The notes under the pieces are model-generated. The model was given only the letters and a program-made list of their open reading frames with translations, was not told where the DNA came from and did no database searches. The translations under genes and the position numbers were made by a program. A stretch of 55,159 nt of DNA. Source: Vermiphilus sp. Lineage in GTDB: Bacteria; Ratteibacteria; UBA8468; B48-G9; DTJG01. The DNA lies in contig DYKA01000001.1 in the NCBI GenBank assembly GCA_020722805.1, positions 1 to 55,159 of the forward strand. The letters run 5' to 3'. Below are positions 17,533 through 28,119 of this stretch, in pieces. How positions within the stretch are numbered: position 1 is the stretch's first letter; each line of letters opens with the position of its first letter.

Positions 17533-19665
17533 ATGACCCAAAATTTGGAAATAGAGCTTGGTGGCAGGCGAATCCTTATTGAAACTGGTATCCTTGCCAG
17601 GCAGGCATCTGGAGCAGTTACGGTAAGTTGCGGAGAGACGGTTGTTCTTACAACAGTTACTTCAAAAGAATCTGATGAGGTTCGTGATTTCTTTCCTCTA
17701 ACCTGTGATTATCGCGAGCAAACATCAGCAGCCGGAAAAATTCCTGGAGGATTTTTCAAAAGAGAAGGCAGACCATCAGAAAGAGAAATTCTTGTGAGTC
17801 GTTTGATTGACAGGTCAATCAGACCGTTGTTTCCTGAAGATTTCACAGACGAGGTTCAGATTGTTTCATTTGTTCTTTCTGCTGACCAGGAAAATGACCC
17901 TGATGTTCTTTCAGTTATTGGTGCATCATGCTGTGTGCTTTTGTCGGGGCTACCGGTTAGCAACCCTGTGGGGTGTATCAGAATTGGAAGAATCGGAGAA
18001 AAATTTGTCATCAATCCCACCAGTTCAGAGATTGAAAAGAGTGATCTTAATCTGATACTTTCAGGAACCGAAAATTCTCTCGTAATGCTTGAGGGATGGG
18101 CAAAAGAGATTTCTGAAGACCTGTTTATGGAAGCAGTGAAAATCGGTTTTGAGTCTGTCCAGCCCTTGATAAGCACCATTTCCCGGTGGAAGGCCAGTAC
18201 TATTCATAATGCAAAACTCAAAGAAGACCCGCAGTTGAACGATTCTGTGAGATTGTTCTTGAAGAAAAAGATGGAATCAGTATGGATGTATCCCGAAAAA
18301 AAACAGAGGAATGAATTTTATGCTTCAATGCTTGAGGAATTGAAAACATCTTATGATGAAGAAAAACATGCGGAGATTGAGCTGGTTTTTAAGAAGAACC
18401 TTGAGAGAATCATAAGAGAGACAATACTCTTTTCAGGCAAGAGATTTGACGGAAGAAAACCAGATGAAATCAGGCCGATTGAATGCAGGGTAGGACTTCT
18501 TCCAAGAACACACGGTTCTGCTTTGTTTACCCGCGGACAGACCCAGTGTATAGCATCCATAACACTCGGTACCAAGCATGACCAGCAGATAATTGACGGA
18601 CTTTTTGAAGAGACATCAAAAAGATTCATGCTTCATTACAACTTTCCGCCATTTTCAGTTGGAGAAACGGGTGCAATCAGAGCGCCCTCACGCAGGGAAA
18701 TAGGACATGGTGCTCTCGCAGAAAGATCTCTGCAATTTTTGATACCTCGGGAAGAAGATTTTCCATACACCATAAGAATTGTGGCTAATATACTTGAGTC
18801 AAATGGTTCATCTTCAATGGCAACTGTCTGTGCCTCAAGTCTGGCTTTGATGGATGGTGGAGTTCCATTGAAAAGACATGTGGCTGGTATAGCGCTTGGA
18901 ATGATCAAGGAAGGGGAAAAATATATTCTCCTCACGGACATTGCCGGGGAGGAAGACCATGTTGGAGATCTTGATTTGAAAATTGCAGGAACATCCGTTG
19001 GTATAACAGGTTTTCAGATGGATGTTAAAACAACAGAGTTTTCATGGTCTATTCTCAGTCAGGCAGTGATGCAGAGCAAGCAGGCGAGAAACAGAATTAT
19101 TGAGATTATGAACAACAGTCTCAATGAACCAAGACCTGAAATTTCAAGGTATGCGCCGAGGATTGTTTCATTCAAGGTTTCTCCGGACAAGATTGGTCTG
19201 GTTATAGGTGGTGGCGGGAAAACAATCCGCAAAATTATAGAGGAAACCGGAGTAGAAATTGATATAGAAGATGATGGCACTGTTTCCATCTATAGCACAG
19301 AAATAGAAAACTGCCAGAAGGCGCTTGACCGCATAAAGTCAATAGTTGAAGAGCCCGAGATCGGTAAGATATACGAAGGAACTGTTACAAGGATATTCAA
19401 CTTTGGTGCCATGGTAAAATTTTTTAATGAACAGGAAGGGCTGATTCATATTTCGGAACTGGCTCCTTACAGGGTTAACAGGGTTGAAGATGTTGTCAAT
19501 ATCAATGAAAAGGTAAAGGTCAAGTTCATTGGTTTTGATGAACAGGGCAGGGCAAATCTCAGCCGGAAACAGGCACTCACATCTGAAGAGTTTGAAAAGG
19601 AAAAACAAAAATCATTTCATCATCGGTTTCAAAAGCAGGACAGACCGTTCCGCAGACAATACTAA
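17533..19665 (+). CDS. pnp: Polyribonucleotide nucleotidyltransferase (PNPase)
   Basis: Two RNase PH domains (GGFFKREGRPSE; HGSALFTRGQTQ), a KH domain (GGGGKTIRKI) and an S1 domain (GTVTRIFNFGAMV). Only 2 nt after the rpsO stop. Confidence 0.97.
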   Translation: MTQNLEIELGGRRILIETGILARQASGAVTVSCGETVVLTTVTSKESDEVRDFFPLTCDYREQTSAAGKIPGGFFKREGRPSEREILVSRLIDRSIRPLFPEDFTDEVQIVSFVLSADQENDPDVLSVIGASCCVLLSGLPVSNPVGCIRIGRIGEKFVINPTSSEIEKSDLNLILSGTENSLVMLEGWAKEISEDLFMEAVKIGFESVQPLISTISRWKASTIHNAKLKEDPQLNDSVRLFLKKKMESVWMYPEKKQRNEFYASMLEELKTSYDEEKHAEIELVFKKNLERIIRETILFSGKRFDGRKPDEIRPIECRVGLLPRTHGSALFTRGQTQCIASITLGTKHDQQIIDGLFEETSKRFMLHYNFPPFSVGETGAIRAPSRREIGHGALAERSLQFLIPREEDFPYTIRIVANILESNGSSSMATVCASSLALMDGGVPLKRHVAGIALGMIKEGEKYILLTDIAGEEDHVGDLDLKIAGTSVGITGFQMDVKTTEFSWSILSQAVMQSKQARNRIIEIMNNSLNEPRPEISRYAPRIVSFKVSPDKIGLVIGGGGKTIRKIIEETGVEIDIEDDGTVSIYSTEIENCQKALDRIKSIVEEPEIGKIYEGTVTRIFNFGAMVKFFNEQEGLIHISELAPYRVNRVEDVVNINEKVKVKFIGFDEQGRANLSRKQALTSEEFEKEKQKSFHHRFQKQDRPFRRQY

Positions 19666-19667
19666 AT

Positions 19668-20354
19668 CTATTGTGGTTCCGAACAAATCTTCTTATACAC
19701 TTGCACAATCAGATCAACCTCTTCTTTTATGGTCATAGATGTTGAATCAATAACAACAGCATCCTTGCATTTTACCAGGGGCGCAATCTTTCTGTTTTTG
19801 TCCCTTTTATCTCTCAGGATTATCTCTTTTTTGAGTTGCTCAGTATTACACTCAATGCCCTGCTGTTTTAATTGGTTGTATCTCCTTGTGACTCTTTCAT
19901 CAACAGAAGCATCAAGATATATCTTGAGTTGAGCGTCTGGAAACACGATGCTTCCTATATCCCTGCCTTCCATAACAATATTATGATTATTTCTGTATGA
20001 ACGTTGTATCTGCCACAGGATTTCTCTGATTTCAGGAACAGAGGCGATGAAATGGCTGGCTTTGCTGACCTCTTCTTTTCTTATTTCTTTTGAGACATCC
20101 TCATTATCGAGAAATACCCGGTATGTTTTCTTGTCCATCACAAGATCTATCTTACTTTTCCTTGCCATTTCTATGAGGAGATTTCTGTCATCAAGAGGGA
20201 TTTTATTCCTCAATGCCTTCAGAGTCAGAGCGCGATACATTGCGCCTGTGTCAACATAAAGAAAACCAAGTTTTTTTGCCACCAGCACCGCAATTGTACT
20301 TTTGCCTGCGCCAGCCGGGCCGTCTATGGCAATGACAAATTTATTACGACTCAA
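19668..20354 (-). CDS. cmk: Cytidylate kinase
   Basis: IAIDGPAGAGKST P-loop and YVDTGAMYRA motif. Confidence 0.93.
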   Translation of the reverse strand: MSRNKFVIAIDGPAGAGKSTIAVLVAKKLGFLYVDTGAMYRALTLKALRNKIPLDDRNLLIEMARKSKIDLVMDKKTYRVFLDNEDVSKEIRKEEVSKASHFIASVPEIREILWQIQRSYRNNHNIVMEGRDIGSIVFPDAQLKIYLDASVDERVTRRYNQLKQQGIECNTEQLKKEIILRDKRDKNRKIAPLVKCKDAVVIDSTSMTIKEEVDLIVQVYKKICSEPQ

Positions 20355-20901
20355 GTATTTCCTTTTCCTTGCTGGATGTTTTCTTTTCTATTTCTTCAAT
20401 GAACCTGTCGGTAATCTCCTGGATTTTTTCCACTGTCTTGAATGAATCATCCTCAGAGATTTTCTTTTCTTTTTCCAGTTTTTTTATCTCTTCTTTGATC
20501 TTTCTTCTTATCTCTCTCACTTCAATCTTTGCCTGTTCTTCAAGTTTTCTCAATACCTTTACCATCTCTTTTCTTCTTTCTTCGCTCATTGGCGGCACTG
20601 GAATTTTTATTGTCGTGGAATCAAAGATAGGATTCAGGCCAAGATTGCTTGCCTGAATAGCCTTCACTATTTTGTCAATGGTTGTCTTGTCCCACGGCTG
20701 AATAACAAGTGTCTGCGGATTTGGAATGGAAATAGTCGCTATTTGATTTACCGGAAGTTTTGAACCGTAATACTCAACAAGTATTCCTTCCAGAAGAGAA
20801 ATTGAAGCGCGACCGAGCCGCAGATTGTTGATTTCTCTGATAAAATTATCTTCAACCTTCTTCATATTGATTTCTGCTTCCTGACAGATTTCCTTTATCA
20901 T
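20344..20901 (-). CDS. frr: Ribosome recycling factor
   Basis: 185 aa with LR.GRAS.SLLEGI.VEYYG and [10 protein letters not shown] motifs; pyrH-frr order. Confidence 0.95.
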   Translation of the reverse strand: MIKEICQEAEINMKKVEDNFIREINNLRLGRASISLLEGILVEYYGSKLPVNQIATISIPNPQTLVIQPWDKTTIDKIVKAIQASNLGLNPIFDSTTIKIPVPPMSEERRKEMVKVLRKLEEQAKIEVREIRRKIKEEIKKLEKEKKISEDDSFKTVEKIQEITDRFIEEIEKKTSSKEKEILES

Positions 20902-21659
20902 CTGTCCTCCTTTTTTGCAATGTTATACAGTACTGACTCTTTATCAACTATTATTGTTTTCACTCCTTCGCCGCACACAACCTTTTTGAGATTCCCTTTT
21001 CTGAACAGGTTGAAAACAATCACCGGTAGTTTATTATTCATGCACAGGGATATCGCCGTATTATCCATGACCTTAAGGTCCTTTGTTAAAAGGTCCTTAT
21101 GAGTGATTATTTTATACCGACGTGCATTTCTGTTTTTCATCGGGTCAGCCGTATAGACACCATCCACCTTTGTTGCCTTGAGGATTACTTCTGCACCAAT
21201 CTCAATTGCCTTCAGAGCAGCTGCAGTATCAGTTGTAAAATACGGATTGCCGGTCCCTCCCACAAATATCACAACTCTTTTTTTTTCAAGATGCCTTATC
21301 GCCCTTCTTCTTATGTATGGTTCACAGAACTGCCTCATCTCAAATGCACTTTGAACCCTCGTTATCACATTCATTTTTTCAAGGCAGCTCTGAAGGGCAA
21401 GTCCATTGATTACAGTGGCAAGCATTCCCATATAATCACCCGTGACTTCGTCAATAACCTTTTCGTCTCTTGCAATACCTCTGAAAATATTTCCGCCGCC
21501 TATCACAACAGCAGTTTCGCATCCAAGTTCCGCCACTTCCTTTATCTCCTCTGCAATTGATATCAGAGATTCTGAATCAATCCCATACCTGTCTTTGCCC
21601 TGAAGGGCTTCTCCTGACAGTTTAAGCATAATCCTTTTGAAAACTCGCTTTTCTTTCAT
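20898..21659 (-). CDS. pyrH: UMP kinase
   Basis: [23 protein letters not shown] and [15 protein letters not shown] motifs. Confidence 0.95.
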   Translation of the reverse strand: MKEKRVFKRIMLKLSGEALQGKDRYGIDSESLISIAEEIKEVAELGCETAVVIGGGNIFRGIARDEKVIDEVTGDYMGMLATVINGLALQSCLEKMNVITRVQSAFEMRQFCEPYIRRRAIRHLEKKRVVIFVGGTGNPYFTTDTAAALKAIEIGAEVILKATKVDGVYTADPMKNRNARRYKIITHKDLLTKDLKVMDNTAISLCMNNKLPVIVFNLFRKGNLKKVVCGEGVKTIIVDKESVLYNIAKKEDR

Positions 21660-23149
21660 GGTTTTATCCTCATAAAAAGTATTTCTCTTTTTCCTGATTT
21701 CCTGCCAGAAACCATTCTCAATGCATCCTTGTTAAGAAAAATTTTATCATCTTCATACTTGATGTTAAGCATATTCCATATCCTTCTAGATGTTTCGGGT
21801 ATAAAAGGGTAGACAAGCATAGAAATGATGTAGATTCCTGATATACACTGGGAGATTGTGTTTCTGGCTGATTCAATCGGTGAGTTCCACGGTTTCTCGC
21901 GGTCAAGCAATCTGTTGAGTTCATTGACAATCTTCCAGATATTATCCAGAGCATCAGTGAACGATATATTCAGCATGCACAGATCCACAGCAGAAAGCAC
22001 ATCATCAATCAACTGTTCCATCTGTGTGCTTATGCCGCTGTCAGGGAATGTGCTATTAAACAATTTTTCTACCAGATTAATTGTTCTGTTAACGAGGTTG
22101 CTGAGATCATTCACAAGTTCGCTGTTATATCTTTTTATGAATTTTTCCTCAGAGTATTCCCCGTCAAGACCAAAGGGAACCTCTCTCAACAAAAAATATC
22201 TGAAACCGTCTGTTCCATAGCGATTCAATAGGTCAATCGGATTTATTATGTTTCCTCTGGACTTTGACATTTTTTCACTTCCCATTGTCCACCATCCGTG
22301 TGCAAAGATTTTTTCTGGCAGGGGAAGTTTCAGAGCCATCAGCATTGCAGGCCATATTATTGTATGAAATCTCAGAATATCTTTTCCGATAAGCTGAACA
22401 TCAGGAGGCCAGTATTCTCCAGGAATACCGTTTTTAAATCCTATGCCTGTCAGATAATTTAATAAGGCATCAAACCACACATACACAGAATACCTTTCTG
22501 GCGTTGGCGATTCTATTCCCCACAGAGCAGTTTGCCTTGTGATTGACAGGTCAGTCAACCCCTGGGATATAAAATTTTTAACCTCATCCTGCCTGAATAC
22601 CGGCTGAATCATTTCCGGGTTTTTTGAGAAATATTCAAGAAGTGGTTTTTCATACTTTGATAATCTGAAAAAATAGGATTTTTCTGCAAGTACCTTCACA
22701 GGTCTTTTACAATCAGGACATACAGGATTGTTCTGTTCAATCTTTGTTTTTGGTATAAAAAACTCACAGTGGACACAGTAATAACCGGAATATTCTCCAG
22801 GGTATATATCTCCCCTGTCCATAAGAATTCTGAAGACGTTTTGAACTGTTTCCTGGTGCTCCTTTTCAGTGGTTCTTATGAATCTGTTGTATGAGATATT
22901 GAGTTTCTTCCATATTGTCTTGAACACATCTGACATGCTATCTGTAAATTGTTCAACCGTAATTCCTTTCCTGTCTGCTGCCTGTGCAATTTTGTCTCCA
23001 TGTTCATCTGTTCCTGTGAGAAAAAAAACATTCCTTCCTTTTATTCTGTGGTATCTGGCAAGACAATCAGCCGCAATTGTTGTATAACAATGACCTATAT
23101 GCGGTTCAGCATTTATGTAATAAATCGGTGTGGTAACATAAAATTTCAT
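21656..23149 (-). CDS. metG: Methionyl-tRNA synthetase (short form without a C-terminal tRNA-binding domain)
   Basis: HIGHCYT (HIGH), KMSKSRGN (KMSKS) and zinc knuckles CVHC...CPDC. Confidence 0.95.
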   Translation of the reverse strand: MKFYVTTPIYYINAEPHIGHCYTTIAADCLARYHRIKGRNVFFLTGTDEHGDKIAQAADRKGITVEQFTDSMSDVFKTIWKKLNISYNRFIRTTEKEHQETVQNVFRILMDRGDIYPGEYSGYYCVHCEFFIPKTKIEQNNPVCPDCKRPVKVLAEKSYFFRLSKYEKPLLEYFSKNPEMIQPVFRQDEVKNFISQGLTDLSITRQTALWGIESPTPERYSVYVWFDALLNYLTGIGFKNGIPGEYWPPDVQLIGKDILRFHTIIWPAMLMALKLPLPEKIFAHGWWTMGSEKMSKSRGNIINPIDLLNRYGTDGFRYFLLREVPFGLDGEYSEEKFIKRYNSELVNDLSNLVNRTINLVEKLFNSTFPDSGISTQMEQLIDDVLSAVDLCMLNISFTDALDNIWKIVNELNRLLDREKPWNSPIESARNTISQCISGIYIISMLVYPFIPETSRRIWNMLNIKYEDDKIFLNKDALRMVSGRKSGKREILFMRIKP

Positions 23150-23814
23150 TTCTCATTCCCGTCTTCGTACATTTTGCTTTCGTAGATAAGGCAGCACATC
23201 AATCTTCCGCAGAGGCCTGATATTTTGCTCATATCAAGTGGTAAATTCTGGGTTTTGACAAGTTTCATTGTTATTGGTTCAAAATCCTTAAGGAATCTCC
23301 TGCAGCATATCTCCTGGCCGCATATGCCATAGCCGCCTTTTATCTTTGCCTCATCTCTCAGACCGATTTGTCTCATTTCTATCCTGCAGTTGAATATTCC
23401 TGCCAGGTCCCTTACAAGTCGCCTGAAATCAATCCTCCCTGCTGCCCAGTAATAAAATGTTATCACCGTCCTGTCAAAAGAATAACTTACATCTATTAGC
23501 TTCATTGGCAGGTTGATTTCTTTGATTTTATCATTGCAGATTCTAAACGCATCTGTTTTGAGGTGTTCATTCTCCTGCATAATCAAAAGGTCGTGTTCAT
23601 TGGTCTTCCGCAGAATTTTCCCTGAAATCACATTTTTTAGGTTTATCTGTCCTGTATCAAAAATGCCATAAACCCGTGCATTATCCTGCGTCCCTTTTTC
23701 AAATTCAACAATACACATATCGCCTGGCTTCAGGTCTATTGAATCATCGCCTTTTACATAGCATGGTTTTTCAACCTTCCTGACCTGTATCTCAAAGATT
23801 TTTTCCATCTTCAA
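23146..23814 (-). CDS. PSP1 C-terminal domain protein (YaaT/RicT-like)
   Basis: N-terminal ...V.F.KG....YG pattern, C-terminal cysteines CGQEICC and GRLMCCLIYE typical of YaaT/PSP1. Confidence 0.75.
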   Translation of the reverse strand: MKMEKIFEIQVRKVEKPCYVKGDDSIDLKPGDMCIVEFEKGTQDNARVYGIFDTGQINLKNVISGKILRKTNEHDLLIMQENEHLKTDAFRICNDKIKEINLPMKLIDVSYSFDRTVITFYYWAAGRIDFRRLVRDLAGIFNCRIEMRQIGLRDEAKIKGGYGICGQEICCRRFLKDFEPITMKLVKTQNLPLDMSKISGLCGRLMCCLIYESKMYEDGNEK

Positions 23815-25588
23815 TTTCCTTTCTAATCACCCTTTCTTCATCAATGCTACTTGCTGGCAGGTCTCTGGCTTTTTCCAGATAATGCTTTGCCAGATTGTCT
23901 TTGCCTGTTTTCTTATAAAACAGTCCGAGTTCAAGATTGTAAAGTGCTTTTGTCGGATAATTTCTTATTACCTCAAAGAACTCTTTTTCTGCCTCCTGAT
24001 TTTTCCCGAGTTTCACAAACATTTTTGCAAGCGCCCTGTGATATCTTGGTGAACCCGGATTAAGTCTGACCGCCTTTTCATATGCAGTAATTGCATTTTT
24101 GGCAAATTCAATGCTGGATAACTCTTCAAACGCAGACAGAAATATTTCTCCTTCTATAAAAAAGAGTTCAGGTTCAGGAAAAATCCAGGATGCCTGTTCA
24201 AGAACCTGAATTGGATTTTCCTGCCTGTATGCCCCTGCTTTTAAGTTTTCTATTATTTTATCTACCCGTTGTGTTCTGGTTTCAATAATTGCTGCCAGAA
24301 AACCTGCAATAATCATACTTCCTGCAAGGAGTTTTGTCAATCCGGATGATATGTCTTCTCGTTTACCAGGAACCGACTCAATAAGTCCCAGAAATACAAA
24401 GGCAATTGAGGTAATGGCATAATTTGCATAGTCAAAATCAACAAGACAGTGGAGGAAAAAACCGACCAGACCAAAAACAAATCCGGGAAGCAGAAAATTT
24501 CCAGAATGCAGAAAACTTCGTATATTTCTAAACAGGAAAAAAAATCCTGTGATAAGAAAAAATACCAGTCCAGTCAGTCCTGTGCAGGCAGCCAGTTCAA
24601 ACAGTATATTGTGGGCAAATTTTGCCTCCATTGCTCCTGGAATTTTGAACCTCAAATAAAACTGCGAGAAATTTCCCGGTCCAACACCGTACGCGATATT
24701 TTCCTTGAATATTTGTGTTGCGGATTTCCAGTAATTAATTCTGTCTGTCAGGGAACCAATCTTTGGCAAAAACCCTGTTTCAATCCCTTTATAAACAAAG
24801 AGGAAACACAACACAAACAGCCCGATACACCAGTATATGTAGTATTTCCGTGGAACGACGAAATACAGCAAAACCAAAACACTTGTTATGATAAAGCAAA
24901 ACCATCCGCCCATTGATTCTGTCGCTGCAAACACAGGTAAAATCAAGGCAACAAGTATGCCGCAAAGGATTTTTATTAATGATTTTTGATAGTGGAGCAA
25001 AGCAAACAATACAACAGGATAAAGCATCAAAAGATAGCCCGCAAAGGTATTGGGATAAACGAATGTTGAGAAAATCCTGTTACTTGCCATTCTTTCAAGA
25101 TATGTGTCTGACATATTGCTTATTATTTCGGGATGTTCCATTACATACTGTCTTGTTATCTCAAGTCCCCAGAAATACTGATAGATGCCATTGATAATAA
25201 TCAGCAAAAGTGTGCTGAAAAGAACAATAGTAATAACCGGAAAATCTTTTTCCTTGAAAAGAGTTTTAAAAATAACCCAAATAGAAAACAAACCAAACAA
25301 ATACGACACTTCTCTTACAGTTTTGAACCACATGGGCCATAAAAGGAGAAAAAAACCACAGATAACAATAAATGAGAAGAAGGCAATCTGGGCTTGAGAA
25401 AAGCTCAGATTATTTCTGAATACAACAATGGAAATTATCAGAATGGTAAACAGAATTATGCTGCTGATATGGTTAAAATCAGGGTGTGAAAATCCATCAA
25501 AAAATGGTCTTAAGAAGAGAAAAATCAGAAGACATATTTTAAGCAGGTTTTGAAAAAAAATATTTCCATAAGTCTTATTCTTTTTCAT
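23792..25588 (-). CDS. O-antigen ligase/polymerase-like (Wzy_C) polytopic membrane protein with C-terminal TPR repeats
   Basis: About 12 hydrophobic segments. FAHNILFELAACTGLTGL resembles the Wzy_C conserved His loop. The C-terminal ~150 aa has TPR-like repeats (AITAYEKAVRLNPGSPRYHRALAKMFVKLGKNQEAEKEF...). Confidence 0.6.
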   Translation of the reverse strand: MKKNKTYGNIFFQNLLKICLLIFLFLRPFFDGFSHPDFNHISSIILFTILIISIVVFRNNLSFSQAQIAFFSFIVICGFFLLLWPMWFKTVREVSYLFGLFSIWVIFKTLFKEKDFPVITIVLFSTLLLIIINGIYQYFWGLEITRQYVMEHPEIISNMSDTYLERMASNRIFSTFVYPNTFAGYLLMLYPVVLFALLHYQKSLIKILCGILVALILPVFAATESMGGWFCFIITSVLVLLYFVVPRKYYIYWCIGLFVLCFLFVYKGIETGFLPKIGSLTDRINYWKSATQIFKENIAYGVGPGNFSQFYLRFKIPGAMEAKFAHNILFELAACTGLTGLVFFLITGFFFLFRNIRSFLHSGNFLLPGFVFGLVGFFLHCLVDFDYANYAITSIAFVFLGLIESVPGKREDISSGLTKLLAGSMIIAGFLAAIIETRTQRVDKIIENLKAGAYRQENPIQVLEQASWIFPEPELFFIEGEIFLSAFEELSSIEFAKNAITAYEKAVRLNPGSPRYHRALAKMFVKLGKNQEAEKEFFEVIRNYPTKALYNLELGLFYKKTGKDNLAKHYLEKARDLPASSIDEERVIRKEIEDGKNL

Positions 25589-26489
25589 TCTTCATGCCCA
25601 CGATGGAAGACAATCTGGATTTATTCAGTTTCTTCAAATACTCAATGAAAAATTTATAAATTCTTTCTGCAAGGTTCGGCATTATGACAAGATGTGTTCC
25701 AATCCCTATTGCTGAGGCTCCAGCAAAAACCATTTCAAGGGCCCTTTTTTCGGAATTTATCCCGCCAAGACCTATTATCGGGATTGAGGTTTTTTTATAA
25801 AGTTCAAAAACACCTCTGCATACCATAGGGAATATCATGCTTCCTGATATGCCACCTGTATAAAATTTTTCAAGACGCCAGTCATAATACAACCCCTTAA
25901 ATGTATTTCCAGCGCACAATATATCCGCACCTGCCTCTTCAGCCGCTTTCCCTGTTTCGCATATATCTGCTACATTCGGGCTCAGTTTTGCTATCAGTGT
26001 TTTTCGTGTTAATTTTCTGATGGCCTTTACTGCCTTAAAAACAGAAGCAGAATTTTCAGCCGTGATCTGTTTTGTTTTGATATTGGGACAAGAAAGATTA
26101 AGTTCAAATGCTGAGATTCCCTGTTGATTGTCCAGTATCTTAATACTTTTTGCAATATCATCCAGTTTCCATCCTCCCACACTTACTATTACGGGTTTTC
26201 CCATTCTTCTAAGTTGTGGCAATTTTTCTTCACAGAAACGTTTTACTCCGATATTCTGAAGCCCTATGCTGTTCATCAAACCGTTTTCCAGTTCCCATAT
26301 TCTCGGTTGGGGATTACCCGGTGTTTCCGTCCAGGTAAGGGTTTTTGTTACTATCGCTCCGAGGAACCTGTAATCAATAGTATCAACAAGTTCATCCCCA
26401 TATCCAAAAACTCCGCTTGCAGGTATGATAGGTGTATCCAGCCAGAGCCTGCTGATTTTCACTCTTAAATCAATGGTTTTTTCTGCCAT
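25575..26489 (-). CDS. pyrD: Dihydroorotate dehydrogenase, class 1B catalytic subunit
   Basis: IIPASGVFGYG, NLSCPN and GGI.S...A.E...AGASAI.IGT motifs; paired with pyrK upstream. Confidence 0.9.
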   Translation of the reverse strand: MAEKTIDLRVKISRLWLDTPIIPASGVFGYGDELVDTIDYRFLGAIVTKTLTWTETPGNPQPRIWELENGLMNSIGLQNIGVKRFCEEKLPQLRRMGKPVIVSVGGWKLDDIAKSIKILDNQQGISAFELNLSCPNIKTKQITAENSASVFKAVKAIRKLTRKTLIAKLSPNVADICETGKAAEEAGADILCAGNTFKGLYYDWRLEKFYTGGISGSMIFPMVCRGVFELYKKTSIPIIGLGGINSEKRALEMVFAGASAIGIGTHLVIMPNLAERIYKFFIEYLKKLNKSRLSSIVGMKNEKE

Positions 26490-27232
26490 ATGACATCTTT
26501 GTGGTTGAAAACAGGTCCATCCCTGCAGACCCTTTGATAGCCGTTCTTTGCGTCAATTACACAACCCTGACAGACGCCAAGTCCGCAGAACATAATATTC
26601 TCAAGAGAAACATACGCCGGGATATCATACCTGCTGCAAACACTGCTGATTTCTTTCAGCATCAGGTACGGACCCGATGAAAAGACTACATCGGGTTTTT
26701 TTGAATGAAGTCGGTTTTTCAGCATTTCAACAATTGTGCCTTTTTCTCCATAGCTGCCATCATCAGTAGAAAATATTTTTTCATAATCTCCATCAGGCAT
26801 AAGAAAATCAAGTAAATCAGATTTTGTTCTTGCTCCATAAAAAAACTTAAACCTTTTTTTCTTTTCAAGTAGCGAGGATGAAAGGAAAAGAAGCGGTGCA
26901 ATCCCAATTCCACCTGCGACAACATATATTTCATTGAGATTGTCTCTGACAGGGAAATGATTTCCCAGGGGACCGATAATATCAAGTTCACATCCTGTTT
27001 CCATATCTGCAAGTTTTCTTGTGCCGGCACCTTTTATCTGAAATAAAATTCTGAAATCTTTTTCAGTACAGGTTCCTATTGAAAATGGTCTGCGGAGAAA
27101 AGTACTTCCTGTAAAGATATGTACAAATTGTCCTGGTTCCGGAACTTCAGAGAACCTATTTTCAAGCCACATGTCAACGTATCTATTGTTGTAAATCTTT
27201 TTTGACAGTATCCGAACCTTTTGTTGTTTCAT
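26465..27232 (-). CDS. pyrK: Dihydroorotate dehydrogenase electron-transfer subunit
   Basis: RPFSI FAD motif, GGIGIAPL NAD motif and C-terminal CGLGVCQGC...C 2Fe-2S motif. Start set at the MKQQKVRIL Met (27232), giving a 4-nt overlap with the uppP stop. Confidence 0.88.
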   Translation of the reverse strand: MKQQKVRILSKKIYNNRYVDMWLENRFSEVPEPGQFVHIFTGSTFLRRPFSIGTCTEKDFRILFQIKGAGTRKLADMETGCELDIIGPLGNHFPVRDNLNEIYVVAGGIGIAPLLFLSSSLLEKKKRFKFFYGARTKSDLLDFLMPDGDYEKIFSTDDGSYGEKGTIVEMLKNRLHSKKPDVVFSSGPYLMLKEISSVCSRYDIPAYVSLENIMFCGLGVCQGCVIDAKNGYQRVCRDGPVFNHKDVIWQKKPLI

Positions 27233-27999
27233 ATCTGTTTCAATATTGCCACAATGCCAGAGATTATTGTGTAAATGCCAAATAGTTTCATTTTGTTTGA
27301 GCGGATTGCTTTCAAAAGCACGATGAGTGAAAAATACCCAAAAATCATTGCTGTGATTCCGCTGACAAGACACAGGTGAGTAAAGCCAGATGGTTTTTTC
27401 ACTATCTCAAGTAAAAATCCACCTGATATTGCAATAATTCCAAGAAGAAAAGAAAACTCAAACGCTGCTTCAGAATTAAGTCCTGTGTTTCTTGCGGCAG
27501 TTATGGTGCTTCCAGACCTTGAAATTCCAGGAAGTATCGCAATTGCCTGAAATATACCTATAATTAATGAAGAAAAAACGTTGACAGGTGATTCTTTCCT
27601 CTGTCTGGACATAATCTCGCCGATAATCAAAATCAGGCCATTTATTATCCAGCAAAAACCGAGGAGATAAATACCAGATATCTTTTCAATGCGAGATTCA
27701 AGAAAAAGCCCTGCCAGTGCAGCGGGTATTGAAGCAACAATCAGGTAATACCACAGTTTCCATTCATAAGAATATTCATTATTTTTGAATTGAAGTACTG
27801 CAAGAACCATTCTTTTTATGCGCCTTCTGAAAAAAATCAGGAGCGCCAGCATTGTTCCGACATGGGCAGATATCACCAGTGGCAGGTTATATGACTGATG
27901 CATGAAAACAGTACCTGCATACAGGAGATGTCCAGAACTGCTTACCGGTAAAAATTCAGTAATTCCCTGCAGTAGTCCTAAAATGATGGATTCCAGCAT
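27229..27999 (-). CDS. uppP: Undecaprenyl-diphosphate phosphatase (BacA/UppP)
   Basis: MLESIILGLLQGITEFLPVSSSGHL N-terminus and PGISRSGSTI motif. Start set at ATG 27999. The 28 extra residues in the track ORF do not resemble UppP. Confidence 0.92.
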   Translation of the reverse strand: MLESIILGLLQGITEFLPVSSSGHLLYAGTVFMHQSYNLPLVISAHVGTMLALLIFFRRRIKRMVLAVLQFKNNEYSYEWKLWYYLIVASIPAALAGLFLESRIEKISGIYLLGFCWIINGLILIIGEIMSRQRKESPVNVFSSLIIGIFQAIAILPGISRSGSTITAARNTGLNSEAAFEFSFLLGIIAISGGFLLEIVKKPSGFTHLCLVSGITAMIFGYFSLIVLLKAIRSNKMKLFGIYTIISGIVAILKQI

Positions 28000-28007
28000 A
28001 TAATAAT

Positions 28008-28016
28008 ATTTTATCA
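28008..28016 (-). promoter_or_regulatory. Extended -10 element TGATAAAAT, 8 nt upstream of the uppP ATG (candidate leaderless promoter)
   Basis: The minus strand reads tttgTGATAAAATattattatATG. No SD lies between the element and the start codon. Confidence 0.35.
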
Positions 28017-28113
28017 CAAATAGTAAATAATCAGTGAACCCATTTATGTTTTTTGCATGTACAGGATAAGCCAGTCCTGACATGCAAGATTATGTTTTTC
28101 AAATCCTGAATAG

Positions 28114-28119
28114 TATAAT
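28114..28119 (+). promoter_or_regulatory. -10 hexamer TATAAT, 11 nt upstream of the ATG of the first island gene (candidate leaderless promoter)
   Basis: tagTATAATatgataatcctATG. No SD, and only a weak -35. Confidence 0.3.
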
